Shown here in pieces: positions 59,524 through 64,000 of a stretch of 64,000 nucleotides of DNA. How positions within the stretch are numbered: position 1 is the first letter of the stretch; each line of letters begins with the position of its first letter. The position numbers were made by a program, and so were the translations under genes. The stretch is from positions 2,058,503 through 2,122,502 of the forward strand of contig OZ220716.1 of NCBI GenBank assembly GCA_965116795.1, written 5' to 3'. Source of the DNA: Gammaproteobacteria bacterium (GTDB lineage: Bacteria > Pseudomonadota > Gammaproteobacteria > JAJFKG01). Below the pieces are notes generated by a model that saw only the letters and a program-made list of their open reading frames with translations, was not told the origin of the DNA and searched no databases.

Positions 59524-60360
59524 TTACAATACATCTCTAATCACAGCATTAAATATTACATCTGTATCAGCTGCTTGTGTAAAATATTGCTTAATCTGAC
59601 CTTCAACAGTTTTCTCCAACTCATCCACATGCTGTTGACCTACTTGCATGACATAATATTCTTGTAGAAATCTTTTAATTTGTACTTCTGCTTCTTGAGG
59701 TGATAATTGTACACCTCCATTTTGATAATATATAAAAGCCTGTGCATACGACGGATTTTGCGTACGTTTTTGAGGACTACTCTGTTCAACCAAACTACGG
59801 TCGCACATTACTGAATTCTCTTTAATTATTTTAATAATTTTGGAGTAAAGAGAATTGACTTTTCTATCTTGAAAAAAATAATCTGTAAAAACGTAGCCTG
59901 CTTTTGCTTGGCAAAAAGCAATTTTATTGTTTGTGTTTAGCTTTGGCTTCAAAGCATCACAAAAATTTCGATCTGTATAATAAATACAATTATGTGTTGG
60001 GTCTTTCTTAATAAAAAGATACCAATCATCAAAATATTTATAAATTTCAAATTTTCCTATTTTCGTTGTGAAGTCACTTTCTGTTAACTTTTCAGTATTA
60101 TCATTAGCGTGCTTTAATTGTAAAAATAATTTTCTTTCTACTTTTTTAGCTTTATCTAAATACTCAATAACAACATCATCTAAAGCGCCTACGCCAGCCA
60201 ATTCCAACATCGCATTGAATTGTCTACCTCGCTGTAGTGCATCTAACATATAATTTAATATCACTAAAACTTGATAATAAGGCCCACCTAAAGATTGCTT
60301 TAAACTGTCTCTTGTTTGATAATTTGGCATATGCTTCCCCATAATATGGTACATTAACAT
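59524..60360 (-). pseudogene. PD-(D/E)xK nuclease-domain gene truncated by IS3
   Basis: YYQ...E.AGVGALDDVVI...FLQLKH...YKYF; the stop codon is supplied by the IS3 end. Confidence 0.7.
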
Positions 60361-60651
60361 TAAACAACATTAGCCTTTATGTAATAATTATTTAAGGCAT
60401 TTAACTAATAGTAATTGTGTAAAATTATGGGACTTAAAATGCATTTGGAAAGTGTTAGATTTCCCTCTCCCGCGAATTTAGATGAGTAGTGCTATTTGAA
60501 TTTCCAACCAGGAGAGAGCTCGATTCAAACACAAGTAAACAAAATAAAATATAAATCAAACTTTTTCAATAAAAAAGTTCATATAGCAACCCTATGAAGG
60601 TGCTTGTAGTACCATTTAGAGAATAAATATAAACCTTTTGGAGTTGGCAAA

Positions 60652-60870
60652 TCAATGGTTCAGGCTAAGACGTTTCGCCATGTCTTCAAATGAAATTCGT
60701 GGATTCTTTTCTTTTAATTGGGATACTGCTAACAAGCTATCTTCATAATTCATTAAGAATTCTTCAATCGCTTTGCACACATAATAACTTTTAGAACGCC
60801 CTGTCTCAGTACACAAATTTTCAAGCTGCCGAGCAATATCACCAGGAATGCGGATATTGAGAGTAGCCAT
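60652..60870 (-). CDS. RelB-like ribbon-helix-helix antitoxin (orphan)
   Basis: LNIRIP...LENL...TGRSKSYYV..AIEEFL..YED; start ATG 60870. Confidence 0.8.
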   Translation of the reverse strand: MATLNIRIPGDIARQLENLCTETGRSKSYYVCKAIEEFLMNYEDSLLAVSQLKEKNPRISFEDMAKRLSLNH

Positions 60871-61021
60871 AATATCTACCTTCTCTATAAAATAACAGCT
60901 AGACGGGATTGATTCGCTCTGTCGCTGCGCGCTCCATAGGGCATTACAAAAGTAACGCAACTACCCCCTACGACTGTCCTGGACTTGATCCAGGAACGGA
61001 CTCAAGAAAACGAGCGTAGGA

Positions 61022-61098
61022 TGGCGGAGTGGACGGGACTCGAACCCGCGACCCCCGGCGTGACAGGCCGGTATTCTAACCAACTGAACTACCACTCC
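61022..61098 (-). tRNA. tRNA-Asp(GTC)
   Basis: 77-nt cloverleaf, anticodon loop CTGTCAC, GTTCGA, CCA end. Confidence 0.98.
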
Positions 61099-61106
61099 AC
61101 GTATTT

Positions 61107-61182
61107 TGGTGGGTGCTGAGGGGCTCGAACCCCCGACATTCGCCGTGTAAAGGCGACGCTCTCCCAACTGAGCTAAGCACCC
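61107..61182 (-). tRNA. tRNA-Val(TAC)
   Basis: 76-nt cloverleaf, anticodon loop TTTACAC, CCA end. Confidence 0.98.
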
Positions 61183-61263
61183 ATAATATTTTGCTACCGA
61201 TATCTGATAATAAGATAAGCAGTGTATGGGATCGATTGAAGACTATTCTTAATAAACAGCTAA

Positions 61264-61542
61264 TTAGCTGTCATTAATAGCGTCTTTTAAACCTTTACCT
61301 GCCTTAAAGCGTGGCCGCTTCTTGGTAGGCACCGTAATCGCTTCACCAGTGCGCGGATTGCGACCTGTGTGAGCGGCTACTTCGCTAACCAAAAACGTTC
61401 CAAAACCAGTAATAGCAACTTGTTCTCCACTACAAAGGGCTTCTGTAATTGAGCTAATAATGCCATCAACTGCCTGAGTTGCTGCTGTTTTAGATAAATC
61501 TGCTGCATTAGCAACCGTTTCGACTAAATCTGCTTTGTTCAT
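61264..61542 (-). CDS. hupB: DNA-binding protein HU
   Basis: MNKADLV, GFGTF, GRNPRTG, FKAGKGLKDAIN; downstream of lon. Confidence 0.95.
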   Translation of the reverse strand: MNKADLVETVANAADLSKTAATQAVDGIISSITEALCSGEQVAITGFGTFLVSEVAAHTGRNPRTGEAITVPTKKRPRFKAGKGLKDAINDS

Positions 61543-61744
61543 TCCATCCCCTTAACCCTGGTTAAACTTACTGCCCACCTTAGATGAGCCTTTACGAAAA
61601 CGAGTAGCAAGGCTGAACTTTATACCGACGCCCTACTGCATTGTCAAGCACATTAATCTCTAATATTTTGCTGATAAATGCTTATTTTTTGTAACTACTC
61701 AGCCGATCGTTACTTTACCAAAAAACGTCAGCTTTGAGTGGAGG

Positions 61745-61819
61745 TTGCCAGAAAATGTAATCAAAAAAGCGCAGTGTATTAGACATACATGAGCACTTTT
61801 TGGTTACATTTTCTGGCAA
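61745..61819. repeat. Long palindromic intergenic element
   Basis: ttgccagaaaatgtaatcaaaaaagcgc / gcactttttggttacattttctggcaa. Confidence 0.75.
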
Positions 61820-61906
61820 GATCCGCCAAAGATGGCGTTTTCCTTAATAGGGCCTGAGCATTTACATTTTTTTACAAAATTAGCAACTATATATTCAGAT
61901 TATTTT

Positions 61907-64000
61907 TTAATGCGTAGTTGGCTTTCTCGGAGACTTGCGCGTCTTCGTACTACGTCGTTTCACTGGGGCATTATCCACCGCGTTGTCTTCATCACACGGT
62001 TGTGGCATTGCAACCAATGCATGAGTGAGCACTTCATCAATCCAACGCACTGGATGAATAATTAAATCATCGGTAATCACTGTTGGAATTTCTTTTAAAT
62101 CACGACGATTTTCTGCTGGGATAATCACATGCTTAACCCCACTACGCGCTGCAGCTAACAATTTTTCTTTTAAGCCACCAATCGGTAATACTTCACCACG
62201 CAAGGTAATTTCACCCGTCATTGCCACATCAGAACGCACTGAAATACTCGTTAATACCGACACCATTGCGGTGCACATCCCAATCCCAGCACTCGGCCCA
62301 TCTTTTGGCGTTGCCCCTTCTGGCACATGGATATGGATATCATGTTTTTCATAATATTCCTGGGTAATTCCCAATGATTGCGCGCGCGAATGGACAACCG
62401 TACTCGCCGCTTGAATCGACTCTTGCATCACATCACCCAATTGCCCAGTACAGGTAATCTTACCTTTACCCGGTACTCTTGCCGCTTCAATTGTTAACAA
62501 CTCACCACCAACTTCGGTCCACGCCAAGCCATTGACTTGACCGATTTGATTATCTTTATCAGCTAAGTCAAATCGAAAACGTTTCACCCCTAAATATTTT
62601 TCTAAATTACGTGGCGTAATACTGCGTGTCTTTAATTTGCGATTTAGCAATAATTCTTTCACCACTTTGCGGCATACCTTAGATAGTTCGCGCTCCAAAT
62701 TGCGCACGCCAGCTTCTCTGGTGTAATACTGAATGATCTCGCGCAATGCAGCTTGGTTAATACTGAGTTCATCTTTCTTTAACCCATGATGCTCAATTTG
62801 TTTTGGCAACAAATGTTCTTGTGCAATGTGCATTTTTTCAATTTCGGTATAGCCTGGAATACGAATTACTTCCATTCTATCTAATAGTGGGCCTGGAATA
62901 TCCATCGAATTGGCAGTACACACAAACATGATATTAGATAAGTCATAATCCACTTCAAGGTAATGATCATTGAAGGTATGATTCTGTTCTGGATCGAGCA
63001 CTTCTAACAACGCAGATGCTGGATCACCACGATAATCCATCGCCATTTTATCTACTTCATCTAATAAAAATAATGGGTTCTTAACCCCTACTTTGGTTAG
63101 CTTTTGTAACACTTTACCCGGCAATGCACCGATATAGGTACGTCGATGTCCGCGGATTTCTGCTTCATCACGTACTCCACCTAATGACATGCGTGCAAAC
63201 TCACGACCGGTAGCGCGTGCAATTGATTGCCCCAATGACGTTTTACCCACACCCGGTGGACCAACTAAACATAATACCGGGCCTTTTAATTTTTTAACCC
63301 GTTGTTGCACGGCTAAGTACTCAATAATACGCTCTTTGACTTTTTCCAAACCATAATGATCTTCATTGAGAATCACTTCAGCACTAGCTAAATCATGTTT
63401 CACTTTACTTTTCTTGCGCCATGGTAATCCAACTAATACATCTAAATAATTACGTGAAACCGCTGCCTCTGCTGACATCGGTGACATTAATTTTAATTTA
63501 TTTAATTCTTCTAACGCCTTTTCTTTGGCTTCTTTAGACATACCTACTTTTTCAATGCGCTCTTGTAAGCGCTCTACTTCATTAGGGGCATTCTCAGCAT
63601 CACCCAACTCTTTTGGATCGCTTTTATTTGTTCATTGAGATAATATTCGCGCTGGCTTTTCTCCATTTGATGCTTAACCCGGCTGCGGATCTTTTTCTCC
63701 ACTTGCAGTATGTCAATTTCTGCATCCATTAATCCCATAACAATTTCAAAACGCTTTTTAGGATCGGCCGTTGCTAAAATCTCTTGTTTTGCTTCTAACT
63801 TAACGGATAAGTGTGCTGCAATGGTATCTGCCAAACGGCCTGGTTCTTCAATACCAGCTAACGAAGTTAGAATTTCAGGCGGGACTTTTTTATTAAGCTT
63901 CACATACTGTTCAAACTGAGCCAACACTGAACGCAGCATGACATCCGCTTCATTACCTGAAAAATCAGGCTCAATCATTTCTTCAATACGCGCCGCCAAA
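61907..64000 (-). CDS. lon: ATP-dependent protease La, N-terminus outside the window; 1-nt frameshift at 63611-63614
   Basis: [29 protein letters not shown]; adding one A restores AIQKELGD. Confidence 0.95.

Larger units (their letters stand above)
58313..59528 (+). mobile_element. IS3-family (IS407-group-like) element
   Basis: Imperfect IRs ggtaaccctcccat / atggggggtttaca; orfA/orfB with A AAA AAG at 58643-58649; no matching TSD. Confidence 0.92.

Noticed and set aside
60961-61167. 68-aa ORF in the track
   Set aside because: Overlaps the two tRNA genes.

Overview
Accessory region of a Gammaproteobacterium-like chromosome; the host is inferred from lon-hupB-tRNA-Val-tRNA-Asp at the right end, and the eukaryote-like genes suggest an intracellular, Legionellales-like lifestyle. 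(1) 1-6842: a >2280-aa minus-strand gene absent from the ORF track because it runs off the left edge. Its architecture is 7 near-identical WD40 repeats, a Sel1-like repeat, an atypical PI4K/HipA-like kinase, ankyrin repeats, a second kinase and LRRs. (2) ~7.4-52.1 kb: a lambdoid prophage. Its early module (DUF2924, large serine recombinase, sigma-like protein, AAA_24, SSB-like, primase-AAA_25, RuvC-like) and head module (cos-like site, ParB-methylase, terminase, gpW, portal, S49, gpD, gpE) resemble Wolbachia phage WO, but it has a siphovirus-type tail. The early module is inverted relative to the late genes, the large terminase is split by IS66 (8-bp TSD), and AT-rich morons (ankyrin, lipoprotein, PEP-mutase family, unknowns) are scattered through the late operon. 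(3) 52.5-61 kb: a 1122-aa effector-like gene, a direct-repeat-flanked low-GC nuclease-like gene, an IS5 remnant, IS3, a truncated PD-(D/E)xK gene and an orphan antitoxin. (4) Core genes; lon carries a 1-nt homopolymer frameshift. All family assignments come from motif recognition by eye; no database searches were run.
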